61,235 nt of DNA from Escherichia phage slur01. Both the position numbers and the translations under genes were made by a program. Below the pieces are notes generated by a model. The model was not told where the DNA came from. It did no database searches and saw only the letters and a list, made by a program, of their open reading frames with translations. The stretch is taken from the sequence record NC_028831.1, one strand, 5' to 3'. The first letter of the stretch is position 1. The number at the start of each line of letters is the position of its first letter. Of this stretch, positions 46,949-55,885 are shown piece after piece.

Positions 46949-47242
46949 CTAGCCCCCAAAAGTACCCATATGATCAAGGGTTCTAATGCGCTGCTCCAGC
47001 CAACGTGCGTTCTTTTCAAAATGTTTATTGGTACGCGCTGCTTTGCACGCATCAATAATACCTAACTCACATCCAAGCTGCGTTTGTCCCATCACGTAAG
47101 AATGGGTCAACATGCTGGATACAAGCTCTTCACATTGTAACTTAATAGGATGGTCTTGGCATAGTTTCTTTGCTGCATCTTTTAAATCCACAGCTTGGAC
47201 ACCAGGCGCTATCAGCAAAGTTACGAGTAATAAACGTTTCAT
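46949..47242 (-). CDS. Secreted/periplasmic hypothetical protein
   Basis: Sec signal peptide MKRLLLVTLLIAPGVQA; four Cys. Confidence 0.5.
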   Translation of the reverse strand: MKRLLLVTLLIAPGVQAVDLKDAAKKLCQDHPIKLQCEELVSSMLTHSYVMGQTQLGCELGIIDACKAARTNKHFEKNARWLEQRIRTLDHMGTFGG

Positions 47243-47526
47243 TATGCTTTCCCTTTACGACATAAGGCTTGAAGTTCCAGAAGCGCATCAATGTCTTCCT
47301 GTGGAGTTACACCAACGTGAATTGGATATTTAGCGCGGCATTCGTTGCCGACTTCAACAGTGTGGTTAATGTAGCCGTAAACACATCCGCCAATAACAGT
47401 GAAGATAAGCGCAACAATCATTGTAAGGTACTTACCTTGTTTGCGTTCTTCATTTTGTTTATTAAGCTGACGGTTAAGTTCTACCGCGTCGATTTTACCT
47501 TTATTGTAATCGTCTACTAAGCTCAT
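47242..47526 (-). CDS. hypothetical membrane-anchored protein
   Basis: Start re-picked at ATG with GAGGAG RBS; one TM helix LTMIVALIFTVIGGCVYGYI. Confidence 0.45.
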   Translation of the reverse strand: MSLVDDYNKGKIDAVELNRQLNKQNEERKQGKYLTMIVALIFTVIGGCVYGYINHTVEVGNECRAKYPIHVGVTPQEDIDALLELQALCRKGKA

Positions 47527-47552
47527 TTTGTATCTCCTCTTGTTGTATGCAT

Positions 47553-47580
47553 ATATTAAAACAGACCCGCGAAGGGTCTG
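47553..47580 (-). terminator. Rho-independent terminator after the DNA polymerase gene (minus strand)
   Basis: CAGACCC-GCGAA-GGGTCTG hairpin followed by TTTTAATAT on the minus strand. Confidence 0.7.
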
Positions 47581-47590
47581 CAAGTAGAAT

Positions 47591-49576
47591 TTAGGCGTAT
47601 CCCATGTCTTCGAGATACTTCTCTGCTTTAGCTATATAAGCATCATAATCTATGTCGTCCGGTATTTTATCCGGTAGCGTCATAATCGGGACGCCTCCCG
47701 CGCTACCAGCTACACGGTTGCCCGAGTTAGCATAGATTATTTCAGGTGTTTCTTCATTAGTGCTTAAGTACCAGCGTACAACCTTACCCAAAAATTCGCC
47801 ATTCCATACCGCGCCACCTTTTACCGCACGTAGGATAATGAATTTTCTAATATCGTTGCAATTGCGTATAGTACGAGAAACAGGCGTACCGTGGGCCAAA
47901 CATTCACATACAGCTTCCATAATGATCTCACCAGTACAGTTCTTTTGAAGACCTGTCTTTGCGAACCACCCTTTACGTTTAATTTCAACATTTCCTTCCT
48001 CGTCAGGTTCTTTTACTGCAACATAGTTATTGACGTTAGCGCTGTACAGCTTGTCATAGTAGTTGGACTCCATTACAAAACCTGTTACGGATTCCCACCA
48101 CTTGATCATATTATCAACGAAGTCCTGCATGTGGTCCGGATACTTAAGCACAATGCCGTCCGTGTTGGCTGAAATTACTTTAACTCCGTTCAGCTCAAAC
48201 GCTTCAATAAGCATTAACAGCGATAACTGCCCAGTTAATGTAACTTGTATCAATAATTGCGGAGCGTACAGTACAGACCACATTGATCCCAACTTACCGA
48301 ACGATCCGTTGATTACGATCTTCAGAGTATTGGCTGTGTTCTTGTCCCCTGACTGCTTAGCTGCAATACGGCGGTCTACAATGCTTTTATAAACACGAAG
48401 AAACGCTGGTCCCAACTGTTCTGGATATAAGCCCTGATTAAGAATGATTGTAGGATAATAAGACGTTACGTCAATGTCCCGCTTTTTGATACCAGGCTCT
48501 TTACCGTGGCCAGCACACTCTTCGGAGCTGTGCAAACCACCAATACCCATACGGTAGACACCGTCCGCAATCTTGATCTCAAGACCTGTTAATGCAGGAG
48601 GTAAGCTGACACCACCGTTATCGCTAACAATAAAGCGACAGTCCCGAACAATATCCAAAACACTATTCATCAGAGGTGTTTGAAAACGAATAAAGTCCGG
48701 TATGTTATATGCATATTTAGTTCCAGGATAAACTTGTGGACGCTGCGGACGCACGCCCGTTAACGCTTGAATTTCGTGTTTAATCACGTCTTCTGCAATC
48801 TGCGCATCAGAACGTGAACGCAGATCCACACCGTATTCTTTCGACATAATTTCACGAAGATGTAAAGGTTCCTGTAATGCAATAAAACATTCTTCCGTCT
48901 GTACAAGGTCGTTAATACAGTACCAGCGTACAATCAACATCTGGTCCTGCGTCAGCATTGTATTTGGCTTGAACGGTAAATCCTGCATACGGCGAGTATG
49001 TACACGTCCGCCATATTGTTTCAAACCACCGGACCCAGGCAGCACTTCCATAATATCGATGTGGTTAACGTTCTGCATACGCTTGAGACGGTAACTCTTC
49101 AATACATCCGAAGGACGCCAGTCTTCAACGATTATTTTATCAGTTGCGTCTTTAAGCTGAGCATTAGAGCAGCCGTTAAGCGCAAGCGTAGCAATGGGCA
49201 TATCGTACCCGTTACCGTTAAAGCTTACGATAAGGAAGTTTGTCATTACCCAGTTAAGTAATAAGCAATTCAAACTACAACCGTGATACATCTCGAAGTA
49301 GACAACTTTCTTAGTTCGCACTCCGCGAAATGCAATTAAGAAATAATTTGGATAACATTCTATATCATATACAAGCGGTTCGCGGTTAATCCATGCTTGA
49401 ATAAGTTCGTCCTGTGTGTACAGGTTGTATTGGAAGTTCCGCGCTTCCTCAAGGTTAGGCAAATAATCCGGGCGCTCCCAAGTTCGCTCCGGCGGTAAAC
49501 GTTTAACCTTTTCTTTCTTTGCTTTTGGCTCAGGCGGTAAGTCCTGCCAAAAGAAACCAATAGCATCTGTCCGCAT
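47591..49576 (-). CDS. DNA polymerase with N-terminal 3'-5' exonuclease domain
   Basis: Exo-I-like YDIECYPNYF; polymerase motifs DVTSYYPTII, KIVINGSFGKLG, ANTDGIVL; start chosen at ATG overlapping the upstream stop (TAATG). The track ORF extends to 49630. Confidence 0.85.
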   Translation of the reverse strand: MRTDAIGFFWQDLPPEPKAKKEKVKRLPPERTWERPDYLPNLEEARNFQYNLYTQDELIQAWINREPLVYDIECYPNYFLIAFRGVRTKKVVYFEMYHGCSLNCLLLNWVMTNFLIVSFNGNGYDMPIATLALNGCSNAQLKDATDKIIVEDWRPSDVLKSYRLKRMQNVNHIDIMEVLPGSGGLKQYGGRVHTRRMQDLPFKPNTMLTQDQMLIVRWYCINDLVQTEECFIALQEPLHLREIMSKEYGVDLRSRSDAQIAEDVIKHEIQALTGVRPQRPQVYPGTKYAYNIPDFIRFQTPLMNSVLDIVRDCRFIVSDNGGVSLPPALTGLEIKIADGVYRMGIGGLHSSEECAGHGKEPGIKKRDIDVTSYYPTIILNQGLYPEQLGPAFLRVYKSIVDRRIAAKQSGDKNTANTLKIVINGSFGKLGSMWSVLYAPQLLIQVTLTGQLSLLMLIEAFELNGVKVISANTDGIVLKYPDHMQDFVDNMIKWWESVTGFVMESNYYDKLYSANVNNYVAVKEPDEEGNVEIKRKGWFAKTGLQKNCTGEIIMEAVCECLAHGTPVSRTIRNCNDIRKFIILRAVKGGAVWNGEFLGKVVRWYLSTNEETPEIIYANSGNRVAGSAGGVPIMTLPDKIPDDIDYDAYIAKAEKYLEDMGYA

Positions 49577-50529
49577 TAGACACGTTCTCCAATTAATACA
49601 CCGCGAAGATTTTCCCCAAAGAATGCACAAGGTTGCGGATATAAACTAAAGTCCGCAGTCTTAACCACATTTTCGAGTAATAACAGGATGTCGATATTGT
49701 AAACTCCTGTTATTGATCTGTCCTGCAATACGAAGCTTGCACCTTCTGCATCATCGTAATGAGTACGTGCTAGACCGTTTTCAATATATACGCGAGGACG
49801 ATCTTCCGCAAACGGTTTGATTTTATGCAGACCCTCAAAAAGTCCTGGATCAACAGGATGTGCATTGCATTGAACATTTAAAATACGACGTATATCAGGC
49901 CACTCCGCATCAATAAGCTGTGTCCGCAACCAGCGACCTTCCGGATAATGAAACGTGACATTGTTCTTGCTAACCTGAATATGTGTCGGGTTAGATTTAA
50001 TACGCAGTATTTCTTTAATAGCAACAGACGGTATTATGCAGTCAATAGGGAATTGATTACCGAACCAATATTCCGCAATGGTGACGTTATTTGTAGCAAA
50101 CAGGCTACCGTTATTAATCAGAATACCGCAAGCCCACGGGCGGGATGCATCTGAGCCTACAAACGGAGCAACGGACTTCACACCGTGTACGAAGCGAGCA
50201 CCGTCTATTTCGTATAACTCCCCTTCAGGGAATACGTGAGGCGTTTCCTTGTCAATGCAGCGTATAGCAACACGAAAAGGCCCGGACTTGATATTAAGTT
50301 TACCGTTAGCCATCATTGTTAGCTGCACTGTTTCATCGCAGTTCGAAATAGCTTTAATCATAGGGCCAGCTTCGGGCTTGCAATCAATATCCAGCTCAAT
50401 AGGGCTACCCAGTGCAATAACACCGTTAAAGCCCTGTACCTGTCCGTCACGAATAAGAAAACTGGTAAGCCCTTCTACCAGTTCCTTTTTAGCGACCGAG
50501 CCTTGAACAAATTTAAGAGCGTCTAACAT
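49576..50529 (-). CDS. hypothetical protein, possibly sliding-clamp-like processivity factor
   Basis: 317 aa, translationally coupled to the DNA polymerase gene; N-terminus loosely resembles beta-clamp starts. Confidence 0.3.
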   Translation of the reverse strand: MLDALKFVQGSVAKKELVEGLTSFLIRDGQVQGFNGVIALGSPIELDIDCKPEAGPMIKAISNCDETVQLTMMANGKLNIKSGPFRVAIRCIDKETPHVFPEGELYEIDGARFVHGVKSVAPFVGSDASRPWACGILINNGSLFATNNVTIAEYWFGNQFPIDCIIPSVAIKEILRIKSNPTHIQVSKNNVTFHYPEGRWLRTQLIDAEWPDIRRILNVQCNAHPVDPGLFEGLHKIKPFAEDRPRVYIENGLARTHYDDAEGASFVLQDRSITGVYNIDILLLLENVVKTADFSLYPQPCAFFGENLRGVLIGERV

Positions 50530-50756
50530 TAGCGGTCCTCGATTGCTCTAATTGTGGTTAAATCTAATTCACAGGTTGGAGGGTATCCATAAAGTCCAAT
50601 TTGTTTTCCTTGTGCATTAAACCATGTACCTGACGGATCCTGCCACTGCTTAGGTGTCTTGTGGAGAAATACTACTCTGTTTTCACCGTAATAATTAATT
50701 CTTACACCTGTGTGAGTATATTTACGTTTACCTTTTGGTCTTCTTAAGTTAGCCAT
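50529..50756 (-). CDS. hypothetical protein
   Basis: 75-aa basic ORF coupled between dpdA and the downstream gene. Confidence 0.45.
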   Translation of the reverse strand: MANLRRPKGKRKYTHTGVRINYYGENRVVFLHKTPKQWQDPSGTWFNAQGKQIGLYGYPPTCELDLTTIRAIEDR

Positions 50757-51676
50757 CAGAACAACTCCATTACACGATCACGGAATGTGCCGTCATGGGT
50801 GGCGTTAATGTTTGCAGCAATTACACCATACGCCCATAAGTTGAAGGCAGCACGTGATTCATAGATTGTTGATAAACGTTCGTAAGTGAAACCGTTTTGC
50901 TCAAGGTATTTAAGGACAGCGTCTTGTTCAATTTCAGTTAATGTTGAAACATGCTTACCAAAATGGTGGCGGTCCGGCGACTTATCTGATACGCGCATTG
51001 GGCCCCACGGAGGAGTAACCACACTTCCAAACGCTGCTGCTTGAATCCAGGAGGATGAGTCACAGCTATACCACGGATAACGCTCCATAATGGTTGTGGA
51101 CGTAATACCAAACGCATGAAGTTTAATCTTAGCACGTCCGCTACCGTCGCAAATATATTTGTCCCACATGCGGTCAAGCCAAGTTTTAAGCGTGTCTGTG
51201 GAACGCCCTACCATGCCACCGATGGTGATATATTCGTAGTTCTTCATGTAGTATTCAAGATAGCGGAAGTCCTCCCCAAAGTGAAAGCAAGGTAACGGTT
51301 TAGCACCGCGTGCTTCCATTTCAAGTTGGTTACGGTAGGTTTGCAACGGATCACCGATACCATCGAGCACCGACGCCATTACTGCGCCATCTTCTACGCG
51401 AAGGATGTCTTTGTTGCGCTTGATGTATTCGCAGTATTCAACAATATCAATGTGAGCACCTAACGAGTGCGCGGAGAATGCACCGGAGTCGAGAAACACT
51501 TTAGCCCCGTCCGCACGCATCTGATCGACATACTTCTGACGCCCAACGTAGTGGTATGATTCCAAAATATGGGGCAGATTGCGCGTGATATTTTTCTCAT
51601 GCTCAGACAGCTTTTCATAACGCTGCTGGCCAGGCATATAGCCGTTAGTATACACAGCCGCCATGAATACATTCAT
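50756..51676 (-). CDS. dpdA: DpdA-like DNA-guanine transglycosylase (TGT superfamily)
   Basis: 306 aa with FLDSGAF and ITIGGMVGRS segments, encoded next to the folE-queD-queC-queE cluster; RBS GGAGG. Confidence 0.6.
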   Translation of the reverse strand: MNVFMAAVYTNGYMPGQQRYEKLSEHEKNITRNLPHILESYHYVGRQKYVDQMRADGAKVFLDSGAFSAHSLGAHIDIVEYCEYIKRNKDILRVEDGAVMASVLDGIGDPLQTYRNQLEMEARGAKPLPCFHFGEDFRYLEYYMKNYEYITIGGMVGRSTDTLKTWLDRMWDKYICDGSGRAKIKLHAFGITSTTIMERYPWYSCDSSSWIQAAAFGSVVTPPWGPMRVSDKSPDRHHFGKHVSTLTEIEQDAVLKYLEQNGFTYERLSTIYESRAAFNLWAYGVIAANINATHDGTFRDRVMELF

Positions 51677-51697
51677 ATCTTAAATAAACCTCCAATG

Positions 51698-51736
51698 ACT
51701 AAAAAGCCCATACCAGTATTATGACCGATATGGGCT
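51698..51736 (-). terminator. Rho-independent terminator (minus strand)
   Basis: AGCCCATA...TATGGGCT hairpin followed by TTTTTAG on the minus strand, downstream of the HNH gene. Confidence 0.55.
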
Positions 51737-51755
51737 TGATCTGTAAAGCTATCTA

Positions 51756-52214
51756 TTATTTAAAATTAGCTTTCTTAGTTTCGCTAATTTTACGTTTGGT
51801 TTCCTCTGTATGATGTTTCCCGTACATTGGATTCAGTTCACCATATTTTTGATACATTGGGTTATCTTTCCCAAACCGTGGACGTGTCCTTGCCCTCCCT
51901 CTAACTTTCTTATCCAACCCGTTTTGTTTTTGATCTCCTAAATATAAATGATCTGGGTTAATGCAAGACGGATTATCACATGTATGCAGAACGCACCCTG
52001 TAGCGGAATCAGGTAAACCAATTTCTCCTTTGTACAGTTTATAGCTCTCGCGATGCGCAAAACTAAAAATTCGTTCACCTTTGGAACCACTAATCATTCT
52101 ACCGTAACCGTCTTTATCCTTACTACCAGTCCAGTTCCAGCAACCAGTAGAAGGGTCTATAACGTATTTGCTTAGTCTTTCGGACATCGGCTTTTTAGTA
52201 TAGACCCTTGGCAT
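51756..52214 (-). CDS. HNH homing endonuclease
   Basis: GCWNWTGSKDKDGYGRM and HTCDNPSCINPDHL HNH_3-type motifs; inserted between folE and dpdA. Confidence 0.75.
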   Translation of the reverse strand: MPRVYTKKPMSERLSKYVIDPSTGCWNWTGSKDKDGYGRMISGSKGERIFSFAHRESYKLYKGEIGLPDSATGCVLHTCDNPSCINPDHLYLGDQKQNGLDKKVRGRARTRPRFGKDNPMYQKYGELNPMYGKHHTEETKRKISETKKANFK

Positions 52215-52215
52215 A

Positions 52216-52875
52216 TTAACGAATCCGTTGATAATTAGTAGCAGATTCTAAAAATTCTTGGCGCCATTGTTTACCAATATCACTACCATGTTCCAGCTCT
52301 GTAGCTCCACGGAAAGCTTTCGTAATAGTGCTCGAGCCACAAACCTGCTTGATTCCTCTTGCCTCCATGCACATATGCTTAGCGTCAATATAAACACATA
52401 CAGCTTTCGGGTTTAAATGCTCCTGAATAGCGTCTGCAATCTGGTTAGTAAGACGTTCCTGAACTTGCAGTCGACGACTAAAAGCATCCACAACGCGAGA
52501 CAGCTTACTAAGCCCAACAATCTTCCCATTGGGGACATAACCAACAACAGCACGACCGATGATAGGAGCCATGTGATGCTCACAATGACTGTATACAGGA
52601 ATATCACGGACAATGACCATTTCATTGGTGTTTTCCGCCCCATCCTCAAAGGTTTTAAACAGTCCAGCAATATCTACATCATAGCCCCCGAACCACGTCT
52701 GGTATGCTTTAGCAACACGATATGGAGTCTCTTCCAAACCTGGACGTAATTCAATGCAATCTTCAATACGAGTTAGTAAAGTACGCACAGCTCGAGTAAT
52801 ATCAAATTGAGTAGCTTCGTTATCAATAGTAAATTTTGGCATGGTTTGCAGTTTCCTTGTTGTTAATGTGGTCAT
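52216..52875 (-). CDS. folE: GTP cyclohydrolase I
   Basis: Signature SHCEHHMAPI and HMCMEARG motifs. Confidence 0.9.
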   Translation of the reverse strand: MTTLTTRKLQTMPKFTIDNEATQFDITRAVRTLLTRIEDCIELRPGLEETPYRVAKAYQTWFGGYDVDIAGLFKTFEDGAENTNEMVIVRDIPVYSHCEHHMAPIIGRAVVGYVPNGKIVGLSKLSRVVDAFSRRLQVQERLTNQIADAIQEHLNPKAVCVYIDAKHMCMEARGIKQVCGSSTITKAFRGATELEHGSDIGKQWRQEFLESATNYQRIR

Positions 52876-52876
52876 A

Positions 52877-53371
52877 TTACAGGCTATAGTTTACGTGACA
52901 TTTCGAAGTTTCTTCGATGGTGCATTCTACAAGTTGAACACCATGTTCGTCAAGCAGTTGTGGCCCAATTACGTTGACCATATATGCAGCTAAGTTTTCC
53001 GCAGTTGGGTTGAATGGTAAAGATACCAATGAGCTTAAGAAATGCTCATGGTCTTCATGTTCCAGAGGACAACTCGGGCGACTTGCTGCAATTTTCAAAG
53101 CGTCAATCAAATTATCACGATTCCAATGCAGGAACTTATGATCCCAATTATCTTCCAACCACTGGCAGAGCGTAGTTTTAACCACACTGAAGTCGATAAC
53201 CCGCCCAACGTCGTCCAGCAAGTTACTATTGATTTCTTGAAACCCTTTTTTCGGCGCAACCTTAAAGTGAAACTTATAGTTGTGACCGTGAAGGTGACGA
53301 CACTTACTTTCATGACCCACAACGCGGTGACCAGCGCAAATTTCATGTGAACGAATTACTGTATAACTCAT
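52877..53371 (-). CDS. queD: 6-carboxy-5,6,7,8-tetrahydropterin synthase
   Basis: Zn-binding CxxxHGH pattern (CAGHRVVGHESKCRHLHGHNY); T-fold size. Confidence 0.85.
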   Translation of the reverse strand: MSYTVIRSHEICAGHRVVGHESKCRHLHGHNYKFHFKVAPKKGFQEINSNLLDDVGRVIDFSVVKTTLCQWLEDNWDHKFLHWNRDNLIDALKIAASRPSCPLEHEDHEHFLSSLVSLPFNPTAENLAAYMVNVIGPQLLDEHGVQLVECTIEETSKCHVNYSL

Positions 53372-53925
53372 TTTAATACCTCTTTAGACTGTTCAATTTC
53401 TAACGCACGCTGCGCCGACGCAATAATGTCTTTCAAATCTTCTACAAGACTTTTATGACCGCGTTCGCCAGGCTGCAACGCCTTTTTAATCAAATGTTGT
53501 AAAGCTGGGTTAGTTGTCTTCCAAGCTTCCAAGACATCATAGACGTCCACGATGCATTTTACAACATTCCCGTTTTGATCTTTACCATAAATAACTTTCT
53601 GATATTTATTCATGGGAATTTTAGACGGTTCGTATTTCATAAAAATTGCGGTTTTGTCAGTTCGCCAATTGGGTAAATTCCCTTCAATAGCTTGCTTGGC
53701 ATAATCCTCCGCAACGATATATCGCCAGGCTATAATATCTTGAATTTTATAAGGGCTATTCTCATCCATAGCTGAACGCCCTTCTACAGCCCAATCCCAT
53801 CCATCTAATAGATTCTTAACGTGTGTGCCGTTGCGCAAACGAACTTCAAACTTTTCATTGCGAAGAAAGATAGGCATTCCTTTCCCATCGTGCTGGTGCC
53901 AAATTTTATTCAAATTATCTTTCAT
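53368..53925 (-). CDS. hypothetical protein inside the 7-deazaguanine cluster
   Basis: 186 aa from the ATG 2 nt after the upstream stop; no recognised motif. Confidence 0.5.
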   Translation of the reverse strand: MKDNLNKIWHQHDGKGMPIFLRNEKFEVRLRNGTHVKNLLDGWDWAVEGRSAMDENSPYKIQDIIAWRYIVAEDYAKQAIEGNLPNWRTDKTAIFMKYEPSKIPMNKYQKVIYGKDQNGNVVKCIVDVYDVLEAWKTTNPALQHLIKKALQPGERGHKSLVEDLKDIIASAQRALEIEQSKEVLK

Positions 53926-53927
53926 TT

Positions 53928-54407
53928 TTACACTCTCGCTGTACGTGAATGAACTTCGTAAACAATCCAAAGGATAGCGGACGCTGTGAACTTACTTAAG
54001 CTCATTGCTACCATAGATCCTGGATTAACAATACCTATAATACTTAAGAACACAATGGAATCAATTGGTACAGCTACCAAAGAGCTGATAAATACACGTT
54101 GATGAAACGGCTTCTTAGTAATCGTGTATACCGCATAGTCCGCAAACTCGCTAAGAGCAAAGGATGCAACGGATGCAACTACAACCGCAGGATTACCGAA
54201 CACCCAGCTAAGGATGCAACCAACAATCATTGCCGGGATGACGCCTTTACCAGCGTTACGCTGTGCGTAATCACGCAGGACAAAGATAATGCCTACAAAG
54301 AAAGCCATCATTGGGACTACGCCAAGTGGCGTGTTAAGCATTGGAAGGTAGGAAAATCCCAGATTTACGAATATGATTGCAGCCAAGTAAGCAACGATAA
54401 ATTTCAT
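53928..54407 (-). CDS. Integral membrane protein, candidate queuosine-precursor transporter
   Basis: Four to five predicted TM helices; encoded inside the que cluster. Function is inferred from context only. Confidence 0.35.
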   Translation of the reverse strand: MKFIVAYLAAIIFVNLGFSYLPMLNTPLGVVPMMAFFVGIIFVLRDYAQRNAGKGVIPAMIVGCILSWVFGNPAVVVASVASFALSEFADYAVYTITKKPFHQRVFISSLVAVPIDSIVFLSIIGIVNPGSMVAMSLSKFTASAILWIVYEVHSRTARV

Positions 54408-54527
54408 ACTTTTGTTCTCCAGTTTTAACAGCGCTATTCGCTGGTTGTTGGGTTTAAAAGCTTTAGTAGTATAGTTGGGTTACCGCACCCTAAACAATGC
54501 GCTAGCGGTGCGGTTTTCGCGGTAAGA

Positions 54528-55235
54528 TCAAGCTTTGCTGATAAATTCGCTATAGCCTTTAGCGCGAAGTTTACACGCCGGGCATTCCCCGCAACCGTAT
54601 CCCCAGTCATGCAGAGTGCGACGGACGCCATTATAGCACGTATGGGACTGCTCAATTACTGTGGTTAAGAAACCAACCTTATCCGCCAGCTCAAACGTTT
54701 CTGCTTTATTTAAACGCATAAGCGGAGTAACAAAATGGATATCTGTTTCATATCCAACGTTTAATGTAGCTTCAAGAAGGTCTACAAACTGCTGACGGCA
54801 ATCCGGATAACCGCTATAGTCCGTTTCACAAACGCCCGTAACCACATATCGGGCTCCAACCTTCTGCGCGTAGGCGTGCGCGGTAGTCAGGAAAAGAGCA
54901 TTACGGTTGGGCACAAAGCTTGCCGGAAGGTTGTTGTGCTGTTCGTGATGTTCGTTAACATCACCTTCGTTCCCGATTAAAGCACTATTGCCGATCTGTT
55001 TCAAAGCAGGTAATTCAAAGACAACAAACGGGACATTGTGCTCTTTACAAATTTGATTAGCACAAGCCAGCTCAATGTTATGACGTTGACCGTATGCAAA
55101 ACCAATAGCGTACACCTTATCATAGTTATTAAGCGCAAGACCCAAACAGGTCACGCTGTCCTGGCCGCCAGACAGGACGACAACGGCGGAGTTATGATTT
55201 TTTACAGGGAATACCAGTTTATCTAATTTATTCAT
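54528..55235 (-). CDS. queC: 7-cyano-7-deazaguanine synthase
   Basis: PP-loop VLSGGQDS and C-terminal Zn motif CGECPAC; 235 aa with no amidotransferase fusion. Confidence 0.9.
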   Translation of the reverse strand: MNKLDKLVFPVKNHNSAVVVLSGGQDSVTCLGLALNNYDKVYAIGFAYGQRHNIELACANQICKEHNVPFVVFELPALKQIGNSALIGNEGDVNEHHEQHNNLPASFVPNRNALFLTTAHAYAQKVGARYVVTGVCETDYSGYPDCRQQFVDLLEATLNVGYETDIHFVTPLMRLNKAETFELADKVGFLTTVIEQSHTCYNGVRRTLHDWGYGCGECPACKLRAKGYSEFISKA

Positions 55236-55236
55236 T

Positions 55237-55425
55237 TTAGAAACCTTTAAGGCTAATATTAAGGTTAATGACTACTTGTTCAACTACAGCTTCAGAGGTT
55301 ACCTGACGCTGGTGTATCTCAAGCTCCGTATGTATTTTCTTGGATGCAGCACGACAAATAGCGTCATTCAACTCGTCTTGTAAACGTTGAATTTTCTGCA
55401 TAAGGATTACAGTTTCTTCATTCAT
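55237..55425 (-). CDS. hypothetical small protein in the que cluster
   Basis: 62-aa ORF between queC and queE. Confidence 0.4.
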   Translation of the reverse strand: MNEETVILMQKIQRLQDELNDAICRAASKKIHTELEIHQRQVTSEAVVEQVVINLNISLKGF

Positions 55426-55630
55426 TTACTTCACCTTTAATATCACAAGGGTTGATTGTTACGTTAGACATTACAATTGGATGATTGCGCGCTCCAATTG
55501 TGCTAACGTGATTAATATCTAATTCTACATGCACGCCCTGCATAGTAGCGTGAGCAATTGAAGAATTAAGTTTTTCTACCAGCTCAGTAATCATTTCCTG
55601 ATGCTGTTTCGCTTCTTCCAAAGTGATCAT
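55418..55630 (-). CDS. hypothetical small protein in the que cluster
   Basis: 70-aa ORF; shares a loose pattern (hydrophobic-H-x-EL-x-I-x-H...V-x-x-N-x-x-I) with 55237..55425. Confidence 0.4.
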   Translation of the reverse strand: MITLEEAKQHQEMITELVEKLNSSIAHATMQGVHVELDINHVSTIGARNHPIVMSNVTINPCDIKGEVNE

Positions 55631-55885
55631 TTAAACCTCCGTTAATGTTTGAGTCCAGTCTAAGCCTTCAAGATCTACATCAGCTATTTCATCGTACTCG
55701 TAAGCTTCCGGATCTGCTGGCAACCATCTATCAAAGCGATGGCTAAGTTCTGGAGGAATTGCTTCATACCCCCAAACCTTCCCATCCTTGTCGGCTGCCA
55801 GATAATCAACTCGACTTGGAACGGTTAAAGTGACACCACAAAAATTAACATCTTTAGTATGCACAACCTGGCTTAACACACGCAT
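55631..55885 (-). CDS. hypothetical protein, small paralog family member
   Basis: YLAADKDGKVWGYEAIPPE...DLEGLDWTQTL matches the family at 15750..15989 and 16333..16629. Confidence 0.5.
   Translation of the reverse strand: MRVLSQVVHTKDVNFCGVTLTVPSRVDYLAADKDGKVWGYEAIPPELSHRFDRWLPADPEAYEYDEIADVDLEGLDWTQTLTEV

Noticed and set aside
54434-54655. 73-aa minus-strand ORF overlapping the 3' end of queC
   Set aside because: Overlaps queC by about 130 nt in another frame; queC is well supported by motifs.
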